A stretch of 37,793 bases of DNA, from positions 1 to 37,793 of IMG/VR virus record IMGVR_UViG_3300038492_000435; one strand, given 5' to 3'. The DNA comes from a virus (Duplodnaviria; Caudoviricetes). Position 1 is the first letter of the stretch. Each line of letters starts with the position of its first letter. A model generated the notes under the pieces. That model saw only the letters and a list, made by a program, of their open reading frames with translations, was not told the origin of the DNA and ran no database searches. Shown here piece by piece: positions 1-9,489 of this stretch. The translations under genes and the position numbers were made by a program.

Positions 1-100
1 CTGAGACTGCCCCTCCTCTGGTTGCGGCTGCGCTGGTTGTCTTTGCTGTGCTGCAAGATCTCTAGTTCCAATAGCTCGTCTAGCAGCGGACTCTTGGGTT
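1..100. repeat. Terminal direct repeat, left copy (assembly circularisation overlap)
   Basis: 1-100 matches 37694-37793 except position 99 (t) versus 37792 (c). The repeat lies inside one continuous minus-strand ORF. Confidence 0.97.
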
Positions 101-363
101 GCCTTAGCGCGCTTCTCATTGAGCAGCATCTCAATGTATTGCGCTGCCTGGCGTTGAAGATTGGGAAGGCCAACGGTAGCTTTTCCCACTTCACTCACAA
201 TTTGGGGAGCTGTCATCTGAGACGTGTCTATCTCGGATAGTCGGTCAAGGGCAGATTGAGCAAGCTTGCGCTCTCCAAGAAGGTTCAACGCATTCGTTAG
301 ACCTGAACCAAAAGACTGGCCAATTTCTGCACCTGGATCAAATTTAGGGAGTATCGTTACCAT
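1..363 (-). CDS. 5' part (codons 1-121) of a ~480-aa putative ejection/DNA-transfer protein that continues across the contig junction into 37693..36614
   Basis: Manual translation from ATG at 363 (SD GAGGT upstream): MVTILPKFDPGAEIGQSFGSGLTNALNLLGERKLAQSALDR...QPQPEEGQSQ. There is no stop, and it is in frame with track ORF 36614..37687. It sits between other ejection-like genes. Confidence 0.85.
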   Translation of the reverse strand, partial: MVTILPKFDPGAEIGQSFGSGLTNALNLLGERKLAQSALDRLSEIDTSQMTAPQIVSEVGKATVGLPNLQRQAAQYIEMLLNEKRAKATQESAARRAIGTRDLAAQQRQPAQPQPEEGQSQ

Positions 364-372
364 TTTTACCTC

Positions 373-1008
373 TTATGATAATCCGCCAAGGGCTAGGGAA
401 ATATCCTGTTGCATTGGTCCGGCTGCTCCAGCGCCTTTCGTCATTGCTGGTGAGCCACCAAGTCCCGATAGAGCACTTAGAGCACCGTACTGAGATAGGC
501 CTTGACCAGCTCCACCTAGTAGACCGCCAAGAAAACCTTGTTGTGGCTGCTGGTATACCGATTCAAACGTGGGTTGCATGCTTTGGCCAAGCAATCCTTG
601 AAGCTGACCAAGTGCATTTTGCTGAAGTCCACCGCGAAGAGAGGCCAGTTGCTCGGTGAGCTCCCTACCTGCCTGAGCTAGAGACTGGTTTAAAGCTGAA
701 GAGCTTTGAGCTCCATGCGTTCCAGCCCCTGCTAACCTTTCCATGATTCCAGGAACAACCTCTTGTTGAAACTGCCTTTTGTATGGAGCCTCGAACTTTG
801 CGAAAGCGCTTTCGTCTCCAGAAAGGAGCTGCTGGAGCATCTCTAATCCAGATGTTGTGGGGCCCTGGACGTTTCCAAGAAGGCTGCTAAATAGATTCTG
901 CTGCTCAGGAGTAAGACGGCTGACTTGCTCGAACTTCCCCTTTTTCCCTCCTAAAGAGCCGAGTCCTCCTAAAACTCCACCTAGTGCTAACATTGTCACA
1001 GGGTCCAT
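373..1008 (-). CDS. Gly/Gln-rich putative ejection (DNA-transfer/pilot) protein
   Basis: 211 aa with a Gly-rich hydrophobic N-terminus (LALGGVLGGLGSLGG), Q-rich helical middle and Gly-zipper C-terminus. SD GAGGT. It occupies the position of P22 gp7-like genes after the tail genes. Confidence 0.65.
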   Translation of the reverse strand: MDPVTMLALGGVLGGLGSLGGKKGKFEQVSRLTPEQQNLFSSLLGNVQGPTTSGLEMLQQLLSGDESAFAKFEAPYKRQFQQEVVPGIMERLAGAGTHGAQSSSALNQSLAQAGRELTEQLASLRGGLQQNALGQLQGLLGQSMQPTFESVYQQPQQGFLGGLLGGAGQGLSQYGALSALSGLGGSPAMTKGAGAAGPMQQDISLALGGLS

Positions 1009-1035
1009 AAATACCTCACATTTTTTTTAATCGTA

Positions 1036-1557
1036 CTACACACTCTCAATATACTCCAATACAACATAGGCCGTTGTATACCCCGTGTAATCTGCGGTAG
1101 TCACGATATTGACATTGGTTGCGTCCACATTCAGTTCGACGTGATTACCTGCCGTATCTACAAATGGCAGTGGGATAAATGAAGTGCTAGGATCTGTGGC
1201 CACTCCATAGATCCGAGTGAATACCGTATTCGACGACACTGTAATTCCATGGGCAACGGAAGTCGTTGTGTTATTGGGGAGTGTGCCGAAATTCACGACC
1301 GTTCTTGAACCGTACCTGTATTTGTTGACGTCTCCAGGGGTGAACCAAGCTTGTCCATTTACGGTCTCTGAAACGTTGACTCCAGACGACAATGTTGCAT
1401 CTTGGTACGTGGCAATCTCTCGAGCGTTAATCGCCTCTGCTATCTTTAAAAGATAGTCCGTCAAGATCAGCTGCGCCTCACCCCAGTCTCTCGGGATGAT
1501 GATATTAGGAGGAATGAAAGGACCAACGGATTCTGTAGGCTCAAATGTACTAGTCAA
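1036..1557 (-). CDS. Putative virion structural/tail protein
   Basis: 173 aa with a beta-rich T/V/N C-terminal half ending VVLEY. It overlaps the stop of the nozzle gene. Confidence 0.6.
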   Translation of the reverse strand: MTSTFEPTESVGPFIPPNIIIPRDWGEAQLILTDYLLKIAEAINAREIATYQDATLSSGVNVSETVNGQAWFTPGDVNKYRYGSRTVVNFGTLPNNTTTSVAHGITVSSNTVFTRIYGVATDPSTSFIPLPFVDTAGNHVELNVDATNVNIVTTADYTGYTTAYVVLEYIESV

Positions 1558-4273
1558 CGAGTCTACCTCCTGATTCTGCCCAGATGATCAGTGCATCAAT
1601 CAAAACATCGCTATTTGCAATGGAAGGGGTGAAGAGTTGTCTCTCGTCCAACTTCAGCTCGAAGTTGAAAAACTGAGCATCTGTTGGGCAAAAGAACCTG
1701 TGCCACTCCTTATTTTTGTTAGTGATTGAAAACTGCTCTTCCTGGGTAGAAAAAACCTTGTTAAAGAAAGCATCGGCGACCTGATTTACAGGCTCTGTAT
1801 CATTGTAATCGACGTAGATATCTGCCGTGATCTCTCCGTTGCTTGTCTTCTGAGCAAGGAAGTCAATGTGCCCAAGGAAAGTCTTTTTCCCTCCCTGGAT
1901 AAAGTTGAAGTTCTTCGACTTCGCCTTGAATCCCATGATGCGCTCAATCACGCCACATCCTGAGTACGTTCCTGCTGCTACCGTCTGAGGAACTAGGTTC
2001 GCATCTAGATTCTGAATGGCCCCGGCGGACGAGTACGCTGTGAAGCCGGTGGAGTCAATGTCTAGGGTTACTGAGTTACCACTCACGGCAACAACTAAAC
2101 CATTTCGGCCATTGATCTCGGTCATCCCTGTCACCTGGTCGATATACCAGTGTTGCCCCACCTGGAATGTATGGCCCGATGCTGTTACCACCGCCTGGGC
2201 TGCCTGGGTAATAGCCGTGATCGTTGTCCTAGGCTTCGTCTGAAGTGTGATGTTGTCTGCATCTGTCACATCAACGGCAAAGATTCGGTCATTGAGCTCT
2301 GAGGATCCTTCACCAACGATATCCTTGATCTTGATGTAGACTGTGGGAATTGAGTCGCTTCCTGTATCGGATGTTAGACCATGATTAGGCACCTCGAGAG
2401 ACACAGGTGTGCCAGCTGTCACATCCTTGATGAAAAGGCTTTCGTCGTTCGACTCTTTCTGAAACAACACCTCAACAAACCCCTGTTGGTTTCCTGCAAT
2501 GATGTTCGGAAACTGGCTTTGTAGCTTTGCGGTTACCCAAGAAAAGTTAGCGGCTTCCCATGTTGTTTCTGTTAGGTCGGCCCAAGTGATATCGTTGAAA
2601 CGCTGATACTCTCCGAAGGCTGTAAAACCATCCGTGAAGATGGCCCATGTCTTATTGTGATAGTTGAACACTAGAAGCCTGTCAGGATATGTGGCCGACG
2701 TTGATGCATCTGGAAACGTCCAGTAAACTAAACGCTCGTAGAAGTCTCGTATTCCGTGTACGCGGAGAGGGCCATCAGAGCCCCGATTGTGAATCTGAAA
2801 TACCTCATCAGGGATGTTCTCATCAATGCGCTCTACGCTGTTGCCATTGCAGGAATTGATAGACTTGTCTCCTACAGACAAAACGCCTTGGTCAAAAGCT
2901 ACCATGCTAAAGGTCGACTCACTTCCCAGCTCGCGGTTGATGCGTTCCCACTGGAAAGGAAGGATTTCGTTACCGGTGTAGCGTAGAACCCAGGTTGATC
3001 GCTCGAATCCAACGACAAGGGTGTCTCGTATGTATTCGGCACTGATGATGTGCTCGTTAGTGGGACAGTCCACATATCCACCACGCCCTTTCACATCGGA
3101 AAGCCATTCATTTGCAGCTGTTGGTGCTGTGCCTGCCGCTACTGAAGTAAATGGGGCCCCATTCTGCGACCATCGAGCTCGCTGTGGGTATTGCAACGCT
3201 CCAGATAATCCACTTCCTGTTGAGCCCTCAAACGTGTTTAGCGCGACCATCCTACCTTTGTAGGGTAGGATGATACGACACTGAAAAAAGGAATTTGTGC
3301 TGTCTACTACAGGTGCCAGGTCATGCCATAATGTGCCATCATAGATACGAATTGGATCTCCGGATGTTCCCGAAAAGTTCGTTGTCCAAAAGTACTGGGC
3401 ATTATCTGAAGTCTGCCAGTAGTTCACCGACCAAAAGAAATCCGAGTCTACTCCAGTCCAAATTGTCGGAGGAGAAAGCTCATCGAATTTATTTGACGTG
3501 TTGTTGAACTTGTAGGCGTAGCGTGTATCAAAGGCAACTGTCTGCTCGGCATTGATGGCATCCAAATTCCTCTGAGGGAGGCCCATCACTGGAAGTCCAG
3601 GGAAATAACCAATCGTGAGAGTAGTGGCCACCGATGCTGTTGCTCCGGTAATGGTGATAGCTCCTGTGGCATAGTTGATTGTTCCAGTAGCTGACGCATC
3701 CCCTGTAAGCGTCCCGTCGCCATTGTCGGTGATTGTCTCCCCGTCAATTGTCATCTCAAAGCTACCACATTCCAGACTTGCATCAGGCTCTTGTGTACTC
3801 AACGATCTATCCGAATACCAGAATCCGCCAGATGTGTACGCACTTGGACCAGCTTGGGTTACTTCAAAGGTAGTCGCTGTCACGTTAGCTATCGTATAGG
3901 TGTTGCCATTCAACTCTGTTGTTCCTACGACTCCGCTGATAGCTACCTCGTCACCGTTGCTAAGTCCGTGCGCGAAAGGTGTCGTAATCACAACTGTAGG
4001 AGCACCACCAATATTGATGGCTGAGATGTACCCTGAAATAGTGAGGAGGTTGAAACTCCAAGGTGACGATCCAGAAGTGAGATAGGCAACCCCCTCAAAA
4101 ATCCTTCGAAGCCTGCCAAGCAGGTCATAGCCAACACGTCTCCTAAGCCTTCCCCTCCACTGATAGATATTCTCTAAATCCTGATATGCATCGTCGGCTA
4201 AAACAAAGGCATCTCTATCTTTGACGAGGCCCTCTTTCTGGTAGGAGATAGCTGTGGGTACGTATTTACCCAT
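1550..4273 (-). CDS. Tail nozzle / packaged-DNA stabilisation protein (P22 gp10 / T7 gp12-like) with inserted FCCH-like beta domains
   Basis: Likely start MGKY at 4273 (TAATG coupling), 907 aa. Beta-propeller-like segments (RARWSQNG, LVVGFERSTWVL, LVYWTFP, LLVFNYHNKTWAIF). FCCH-like motifs AHGLSNGDEVAISGVVGTTELNG and GHTFQVGQHWYIDQVTGMTEING. Confidence 0.75.
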   Translation of the reverse strand: MGKYVPTAISYQKEGLVKDRDAFVLADDAYQDLENIYQWRGRLRRRVGYDLLGRLRRIFEGVAYLTSGSSPWSFNLLTISGYISAINIGGAPTVVITTPFAHGLSNGDEVAISGVVGTTELNGNTYTIANVTATTFEVTQAGPSAYTSGGFWYSDRSLSTQEPDASLECGSFEMTIDGETITDNGDGTLTGDASATGTINYATGAITITGATASVATTLTIGYFPGLPVMGLPQRNLDAINAEQTVAFDTRYAYKFNNTSNKFDELSPPTIWTGVDSDFFWSVNYWQTSDNAQYFWTTNFSGTSGDPIRIYDGTLWHDLAPVVDSTNSFFQCRIILPYKGRMVALNTFEGSTGSGLSGALQYPQRARWSQNGAPFTSVAAGTAPTAANEWLSDVKGRGGYVDCPTNEHIISAEYIRDTLVVGFERSTWVLRYTGNEILPFQWERINRELGSESTFSMVAFDQGVLSVGDKSINSCNGNSVERIDENIPDEVFQIHNRGSDGPLRVHGIRDFYERLVYWTFPDASTSATYPDRLLVFNYHNKTWAIFTDGFTAFGEYQRFNDITWADLTETTWEAANFSWVTAKLQSQFPNIIAGNQQGFVEVLFQKESNDESLFIKDVTAGTPVSLEVPNHGLTSDTGSDSIPTVYIKIKDIVGEGSSELNDRIFAVDVTDADNITLQTKPRTTITAITQAAQAVVTASGHTFQVGQHWYIDQVTGMTEINGRNGLVVAVSGNSVTLDIDSTGFTAYSSAGAIQNLDANLVPQTVAAGTYSGCGVIERIMGFKAKSKNFNFIQGGKKTFLGHIDFLAQKTSNGEITADIYVDYNDTEPVNQVADAFFNKVFSTQEEQFSITNKNKEWHRFFCPTDAQFFNFELKLDERQLFTPSIANSDVLIDALIIWAESGGRLVD

Positions 4274-4905
4274 TATTGGAACCTCCAGACAATGACACAC
4301 GCCCTAGTGAGGCCGGTGACTAGTGTGTTGTTTTGGTTCTTAAAATCCACCTGTAAGCTTCCTACCTTGACGATATCACTGTATGTAGCTGAGTTTGTAG
4401 GCTGTCCGATTACAGGATTGCTAGAGTTATCGAATCCACTACATGACCAAAAGTAATTGGTATCTGGTGCGTTGTTTGTGAAGTTAACAATAAAACGTGC
4501 GCTCCCTGGAGTCGGGACGCTTACAGATGAGACATTTAAGGCTGTACCTTGGATGGCCCCCAGTGAATCAAAATTCACAGCGGCAAATGGAAGCATACCT
4601 AGGTAGAGGGCACCATCTTTTGTCATCTGAAAGGCGGTGCCGTTGCTTTCTGGACGACCGTAAATCTCTGTATCACCAGAGTCATCCTTGGTATAAAGAA
4701 GGTGCTCATCTGCCTGAGATTCTGGGTCGTCAGCCTGTTCCACGAAGGTGATGAATTTGTGCTTTCCCTTGTCACTTGATCCATCATTGAAAGCCACATG
4801 ATTCACAGCGAACTGCGTATTTAGCTGTCCGAAGTTAGTGAGTAAATCACTCTGACTATCTGACAGAATATCTCTGGGCTGAGGAATTGTTGGGTCAAAT
4901 GTCAT
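4273..4905 (-). CDS. Putative tail/virion protein, paralog of 4905..5639
   Basis: 210 aa, TAATG-coupled on both sides. Shares the N-terminal pattern P.P.D..S.SQ.D...NF...H......G.H...TFV.Q with its neighbour. Confidence 0.65.
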   Translation of the reverse strand: MTFDPTIPQPRDILSDSQSDLLTNFGQLNTQFAVNHVAFNDGSSDKGKHKFITFVEQADDPESQADEHLLYTKDDSGDTEIYGRPESNGTAFQMTKDGALYLGMLPFAAVNFDSLGAIQGTALNVSSVSVPTPGSARFIVNFTNNAPDTNYFWSCSGFDNSSNPVIGQPTNSATYSDIVKVGSLQVDFKNQNNTLVTGLTRACVIVWRFQ

Positions 4906-5639
4906 TACGTCACCGTCCAGGCTTGAAATTGAATATAAATCGCATTTGTTTGGGCTCCTGTGCTTGATGAACTCATCGGCATCCCTCGTAAGGCAAATGA
5001 TGTTGTCGTCACGGTGCTTGCATATGCTGCGTTGTTTCTTGGTTGCATGTATACGGGACTGTTATTCCCACCGATATTAAAGCTCTGACATGCCCAAACA
5101 TAGTCCGCTGTTGGCAGTGCATTCGTGAATGCTATATTCCAGTCGGAGTATTTATTGATCCCGTTCACAAGGGCCTGATTAGGTGTGACACTTGTGACAT
5201 TCATGCTAATCGGGACTTTGACAATTGTGCCATCTCCATTAACTTGCTGTTGTTGGAGTATGTTCCCCTGGAAATCAAAAAGCACGAATGCTCGTAGCAC
5301 TAGACCATTGGCGGTTAGTCTTCCCTGGTCTGTCACCTGCACCTCTGTCCCGTCACTAGGCTGCCGATAAAACGCCTCTGCGTTACTTGAGACGTTCTTG
5401 GAATACAGAGCAATTTCATTTGCACCAGTTGAGGGGGCTGCTCCCTGTTGGACAAATGTTACCTTGCGATGGCCTCCTCGTTTGTCAACATCTGAGAAGT
5501 TCAACGGAATGTGATCACCCTCATTGTCAGCAAACGGTCGACCCCAGATATTACTAGCCGTGTCAAAATTAGCCTGGAAGTCAATTTGACTCTGACTGAT
5601 AAAGTCTCCACTAGCTGGGACTGTAGCCTTATAGACCAT
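4905..5639 (-). CDS. Putative tail/virion protein, paralog of 4273..4905
   Basis: 244 aa, TAATG coupling, shared N- and C-terminal motifs (FTNALPTADYVWACQSF versus FTNNAPDTNYFWSCSGF). Confidence 0.65.
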   Translation of the reverse strand: MVYKATVPASGDFISQSQIDFQANFDTASNIWGRPFADNEGDHIPLNFSDVDKRGGHRKVTFVQQGAAPSTGANEIALYSKNVSSNAEAFYRQPSDGTEVQVTDQGRLTANGLVLRAFVLFDFQGNILQQQQVNGDGTIVKVPISMNVTSVTPNQALVNGINKYSDWNIAFTNALPTADYVWACQSFNIGGNNSPVYMQPRNNAAYASTVTTTSFALRGMPMSSSSTGAQTNAIYIQFQAWTVT

Positions 5640-6622
5640 TAAGACCCTCCAAACTGACGATTGCCAACAGGATATTGGAGCTGATCGGTGTAAATCGTCG
5701 CTGTGCGCTGATTGGCTAGCTCTGTCGCTGTGCGATTAAGGACTAGGCTTTCTTGTCTTTCGAATGCTGGCATGATATTTTGGATGCTTTCCATATCCTG
5801 TCTGTCTTCAAGTACCTTTATAGCTGCTCCAAAAGCGATGTACTGCCACCACTGTTGGACATCTGGCGTGTTCGTACCTGCATTGTTATTTGCGCTGAGG
5901 AGCTGTGACGGCTTTTGATACACCTCAATCGACACCTTGTACACCTTGTCCGGAACGGGCCTTAGAATGAAGTAACTGTTGAAAAACAGGCCGGCTGTTG
6001 GTCGGTTAGCTTGGTACGCCACATAACGAGTGATGATGCTCTCCGAGGCTGGGATTGCACTGGTGAACGTAAGAGCGCTCACAGCGCCTGTGACGTAGTT
6101 TATTTGTCCGAGGACTGTTGTATTGTCTGAAGCGTCAATAAGGTCTCCTAACGTCTCTGAACCTGCTTGAGGAGAATCGTAAGCGGTCTGAGTGTCACCC
6201 GAGGTGTCTACAGCGCTAACTGTGACCTCTCTCTTTAGGACTGGCGTTGATGAGAGCGTAAAGGAATAAGGGCCTGCCGTTCCGTCTCCCGATGGCCCAG
6301 TGTATTGGGTTGTCGTCTTCGGATAGATCCGGAAAAACTCCTCTTGAGATTGGGAGTAGAACGACTGGTACCCATCGATGTAAAGCGGTGGGAGCGCTGC
6401 TGTGTAAAGGTCTGTGTCAAAGTCGTATCTGTCTTCATTTGCCACCGTCCAGAATTCATAGTTGCTATGCAGATTCCAAATCTTTAGATGGGCAGGGAGA
6501 TCAGCCTCGTAGAAAGTATCAATGTAGTGTTCGAGGTCTGATTCACTTAACTGATTTGGGGAGGGAGAAGCTGTAAGCCTTCTAACCTTTCTCTTGATAT
6601 CATCGAGTGTGGAGCTTGCCAT
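5639..6622 (-). CDS. Putative head-tail adaptor protein
   Basis: 327 aa. Helical N-terminus (TLDDIKRKVRRLT), LRPVPDKVYKVSIE motif and C-terminal WWQYIAFGAAIKVL are typical of podovirus adaptors. It lies upstream of the nozzle gene. Confidence 0.7.
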   Translation of the reverse strand: MASSTLDDIKRKVRRLTASPSPNQLSESDLEHYIDTFYEADLPAHLKIWNLHSNYEFWTVANEDRYDFDTDLYTAALPPLYIDGYQSFYSQSQEEFFRIYPKTTTQYTGPSGDGTAGPYSFTLSSTPVLKREVTVSAVDTSGDTQTAYDSPQAGSETLGDLIDASDNTTVLGQINYVTGAVSALTFTSAIPASESIITRYVAYQANRPTAGLFFNSYFILRPVPDKVYKVSIEVYQKPSQLLSANNNAGTNTPDVQQWWQYIAFGAAIKVLEDRQDMESIQNIMPAFERQESLVLNRTATELANQRTATIYTDQLQYPVGNRQFGGS

Positions 6623-6951
6623 TATGTCCCCGTAATGCTTGTTTCATTATCTGTTGTTCCTGTGACCGGCCACACCTGCGCTGCTGTAAATGCCGGAGGC
6701 TCCGAGGGAGCTGAAAAGGCAGCTAACAGCGAAGTGTCGAGATCAACAGTGATTTGATCATCGGCAGGGACGGCTAACACTGTAGCTCTCGCATACTCAA
6801 CTGACATCCCATAAGCACTTGGCACAAGAATCCGAACAATCAACCCTACCGTGTAACCGTGATCCTCGGTCGTAGTTAGCACAGCGCTAGTTGCATTGCT
6901 AACAGCCGAAAGAAGTCTCCGACGAGGTTGGAAGTTCGAGAGTATCGTCAT
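6622..6951 (-). CDS. Small virion protein, single FCCH-like domain
   Basis: 109 aa with VSNATSAVLTTTEDHGYTVGLIVRI...YGM...ITVDLDTS. ATGA and TAATG coupling. Confidence 0.6.
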   Translation of the reverse strand: MTILSNFQPRRRLLSAVSNATSAVLTTTEDHGYTVGLIVRILVPSAYGMSVEYARATVLAVPADDQITVDLDTSLLAAFSAPSEPPAFTAAQVWPVTGTTDNETSITGT

Positions 6952-7505
6952 GCCACCGCAAAAAGAGTGCTTTCAAAATTCATTCTAGATCGAGTTTTTC
7001 CCTTCACATCTAGAGTGGGCTTTCCCTGTGAATCCAATACATGCGAGTGCACTGGAACATTACAGTTCTGGTTAAGGTGTCTTGCTACTGATAGAGGCAC
7101 CTCGTATGTCTCACCATCGTACATGGTATACCACTGAACCGGATCCCACTTGTACTTTCGAAAGCAGAATCTCACACAGCCGCCTGCTGGCTCCATGCAT
7201 CGGAATACGCCCTTGACTAGGCGACTTTCCTCTTTCCACATACGATATACTTTATCGTCATCTGGAGAGTCCGCTCTAACCTGGGCTTGGACTTCTTTAG
7301 CCTTCTTCCACTGAACGAACTCCGCAACATCCTCATCTGAAAAATCAAACTTTGTCGTTTGTTTCTCAACTTTTGGCGCTTCCGTTTCCGTTTTAGCTAA
7401 TACCTCTTCTTCTACCTTCGGAGACTTCTCCACTTCTTGAGAACTCTCTTGAGGCTTCACAGGTATATCTAGCTCTTCTTGAATTAGCTTATTCTTTTTA
7501 CTCAT
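6948..7505 (-). CDS. Hypothetical phage protein of the head module
   Basis: Likely start MSKKN at 7505 (SD AAGGA). Acidic disordered N-half and globular C-half (KYKWDPVQWYTMYDGETYEVPLSVARHLN). Confidence 0.75.
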   Translation of the reverse strand: MSKKNKLIQEELDIPVKPQESSQEVEKSPKVEEEVLAKTETEAPKVEKQTTKFDFSDEDVAEFVQWKKAKEVQAQVRADSPDDDKVYRMWKEESRLVKGVFRCMEPAGGCVRFCFRKYKWDPVQWYTMYDGETYEVPLSVARHLNQNCNVPVHSHVLDSQGKPTLDVKGKTRSRMNFESTLFAVA

Positions 7506-7521
7506 ACGTTTCCTTTTCATT

Positions 7522-7551
7522 AAAAAAACCGAGGGGGCTGAGCCCCCCCGA
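7522..7551 (-). terminator. Rho-independent terminator after the capsid operon
   Basis: Minus strand CGGGGGGGC-TCA-GCCCCCTCG, then G and T7, just after the stop of 7558..8523. Confidence 0.85.
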
Positions 7552-7557
7552 AGGTCA

Positions 7558-8523
7558 TCACTCAGCTAGCGAATAACCGCTTGCCAACGCTTCCCAATAT
7601 ATCACGTCGTTATTGCTACCGGCAGGACCATCCGCACCAGCACCAAGCTCCATGACAATTTGAGCTGTGTTGTCAACTGAACCGCTCAACACCGAAGCTG
7701 CATCGCCAACAGGAACAATATGGGCAGGGGTGACCCCAGCGGCTGCCACTGCACTTGTTGGGAACGCAAACGCTGAGAAAGCGCTTGAATCGATGTCTAG
7801 AGTGATGGTGTTGTTAGCAGTGCTAACAGCTGAAATTTCTCCGATGAGCCCCTCAGCTTCCACCATTCCGTAATCGGCCATTCCTTCGATCCTAACCTTT
7901 TCACCAACGGATAGACCATGAGTTACCGCCAGGGTAACAACCATCGACGCTGCCGCTGTTGCTCCAGTGATCCGATTGACCTGTGGAGAATAGATAGGAT
8001 TATTAGGGACTTTTCTAACGAAACCAGCTGTTGCAGCTGCTGCAAAACCTGAAGCATCCAAATAGGAAAGCTCAAAGCTATTTGCTGCTACGTTTCCAAT
8101 TGTGAAATCGTATCCAGCAATCTGGAGCATGCTAGTTGTACCGTAGATACGAATACGATCACCATTGCTGTAACCATGGCCGGTTACAGTCACAACAGCT
8201 GGATTTGCCGCCGTCACATCTGTTCCAGATGTGGCTTGAGCTGCACCTAGAGCCTGGTTAGACTGGTCGATGCGTGTAAATCCGCCGGAGGTGATCACTT
8301 CGAGATCTAAGGCGTTAGAGGCGTTTTGCTTTGTGTACATGAACCCAGCACCATCAGCAAAACCACGTTGCCACTTGAATTCGCATCCGCGACCAGTGGC
8401 TTGCGTTGTTGCTGCTTGTGTGTAGTTCTTGACCTTGAAGATATCAAAGTCTGAACGCAAAGCAATTTGCTTAGCGGTCCCGTCGCTAGTGAAGGAGCCA
8501 GATGCTACTAGTTGTTCAGCCAT
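7558..8523 (-). CDS. Putative capsid decoration/cement protein with two FCCH-like domains
   Basis: 321 aa directly after the MCP, strong SD (GGAGAAGGA). Repeats VTAANPAVVTVTGHGYSNGDRIRI and ATAAASMVVTLAVTHGLSVGEKVRI. Confidence 0.7.
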   Translation of the reverse strand: MAEQLVASGSFTSDGTAKQIALRSDFDIFKVKNYTQAATTQATGRGCEFKWQRGFADGAGFMYTKQNASNALDLEVITSGGFTRIDQSNQALGAAQATSGTDVTAANPAVVTVTGHGYSNGDRIRIYGTTSMLQIAGYDFTIGNVAANSFELSYLDASGFAAAATAGFVRKVPNNPIYSPQVNRITGATAAASMVVTLAVTHGLSVGEKVRIEGMADYGMVEAEGLIGEISAVSTANNTITLDIDSSAFSAFAFPTSAVAAAGVTPAHIVPVGDAASVLSGSVDNTAQIVMELGAGADGPAGSNNDVIYWEALASGYSLAE

Positions 8524-8533
8524 GTCCTTCTCC

Positions 8534-9484
8534 TTATACGCTTAGGGTTGTTCTTAGATTGATTACCCATGCATCGTTTGTGATGCGTGGGACTTCAGCA
8601 AACTTGTAACCAACGCTGGCGTTCAGAGCTAAAGGACCATCGTAGATAGGTGGCCGATAGATGAATTGAGCGCTGTACCCGTCTTGCTCGATGCAGCAAT
8701 AGGCTTCCATACCTGCGACAAAGCAGTTGTAAACCTCAGCTCCATTAAGAGACGCGTTTGCATCGCTAGACCCAATTGACGATAGAAGCCATCGGGTGTT
8801 TGAAACCGAACCCCACTCCGGACGAAGCACGCGATCTTGGTTTGGGTACTGAGCTTTAGGAATAAAGCCCGTTACCTGCTCAAGATCTCCGATTAGGTTA
8901 GTGCTTGCCATCACAAAGTACGAGTCTCGGATGGGGGCTGTTCCGAACTTGTCGTCACCTTCGATGCTGTCGGAGATTGTGTAGGCATCAGCCGAAGCCA
9001 ATGTTCTAATCACAACGTCCACATCTGAACGTGCCAACTCAGTTGGGTTATCCCCGTTTGTACCACCTACAGCATTGATGAAGGACGCGGTTGCGGCCAA
9101 CATGTTGCGTGTAAGCTCGTCCTCAGTTTGTCTGAGAGAGACACCGAGACGCTGTACAGCCTCGTTAAGTACTGGGTCTTGGTTTTGAAGAGTGACTTGC
9201 TCGTTGAGAACCACATAGGTTCCGTAGAAATCCATCTTCGCATCAATGTCAATAGCTGTAAGCTGTTGAGCTGGTGGATAAACGCCCGAATTCCCGAGAG
9301 GCACTGTAGCAGTGTTCAAAGGGTTGTAACGTCTCATCCGTAGATCCGTACCACCATTCCTTGGCATGTTTTTGAGCATGGCAGGAATTTTGTGAATCAT
9401 GTACGGAGTAGGCACCGATAACAGCTTGTAGCTGAAGCTTTGCTGTACTGGTGCTGGCAGAGTGGTGCTTGTAGTAATCGCCAC
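8534..9484 (-). CDS. Major capsid protein, N4-gp56-like family
   Basis: 316 aa, GTG start with SD AAGGAG. Motifs MPRNGG..LRMRRYNPL, FYGTYV.LNEQV, EWGSV...RW, GPLALNASVGYK. Position after the scaffold gene. Confidence 0.9.
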   Translation of the reverse strand: MAITTSTTLPAPVQQSFSYKLLSVPTPYMIHKIPAMLKNMPRNGGTDLRMRRYNPLNTATVPLGNSGVYPPAQQLTAIDIDAKMDFYGTYVVLNEQVTLQNQDPVLNEAVQRLGVSLRQTEDELTRNMLAATASFINAVGGTNGDNPTELARSDVDVVIRTLASADAYTISDSIEGDDKFGTAPIRDSYFVMASTNLIGDLEQVTGFIPKAQYPNQDRVLRPEWGSVSNTRWLLSSIGSSDANASLNGAEVYNCFVAGMEAYCCIEQDGYSAQFIYRPPIYDGPLALNASVGYKFAEVPRITNDAWVINLRTTLSV

Positions 9485-9489
9485 TTGTT

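Noticed and set aside
1-100. Physical terminal repeats of the virion DNA
   Set aside because: The ~100-bp length and position mid-gene fit an assembler overlap on a circular or permuted genome better.
1550-8523. A phage ubiquitin-like conjugation system suggested by the E1 FCCH name
   Set aside because: No adenylation domain, E2, JAB or ubiquitin-like protein is visible. The domain sits inside structural proteins.
8524-8540. Programmed frameshift or readthrough fusing the MCP to the next gene
   Set aside because: No slippery sequence at the MCP end, and the next gene has its own strong SD and ATG.
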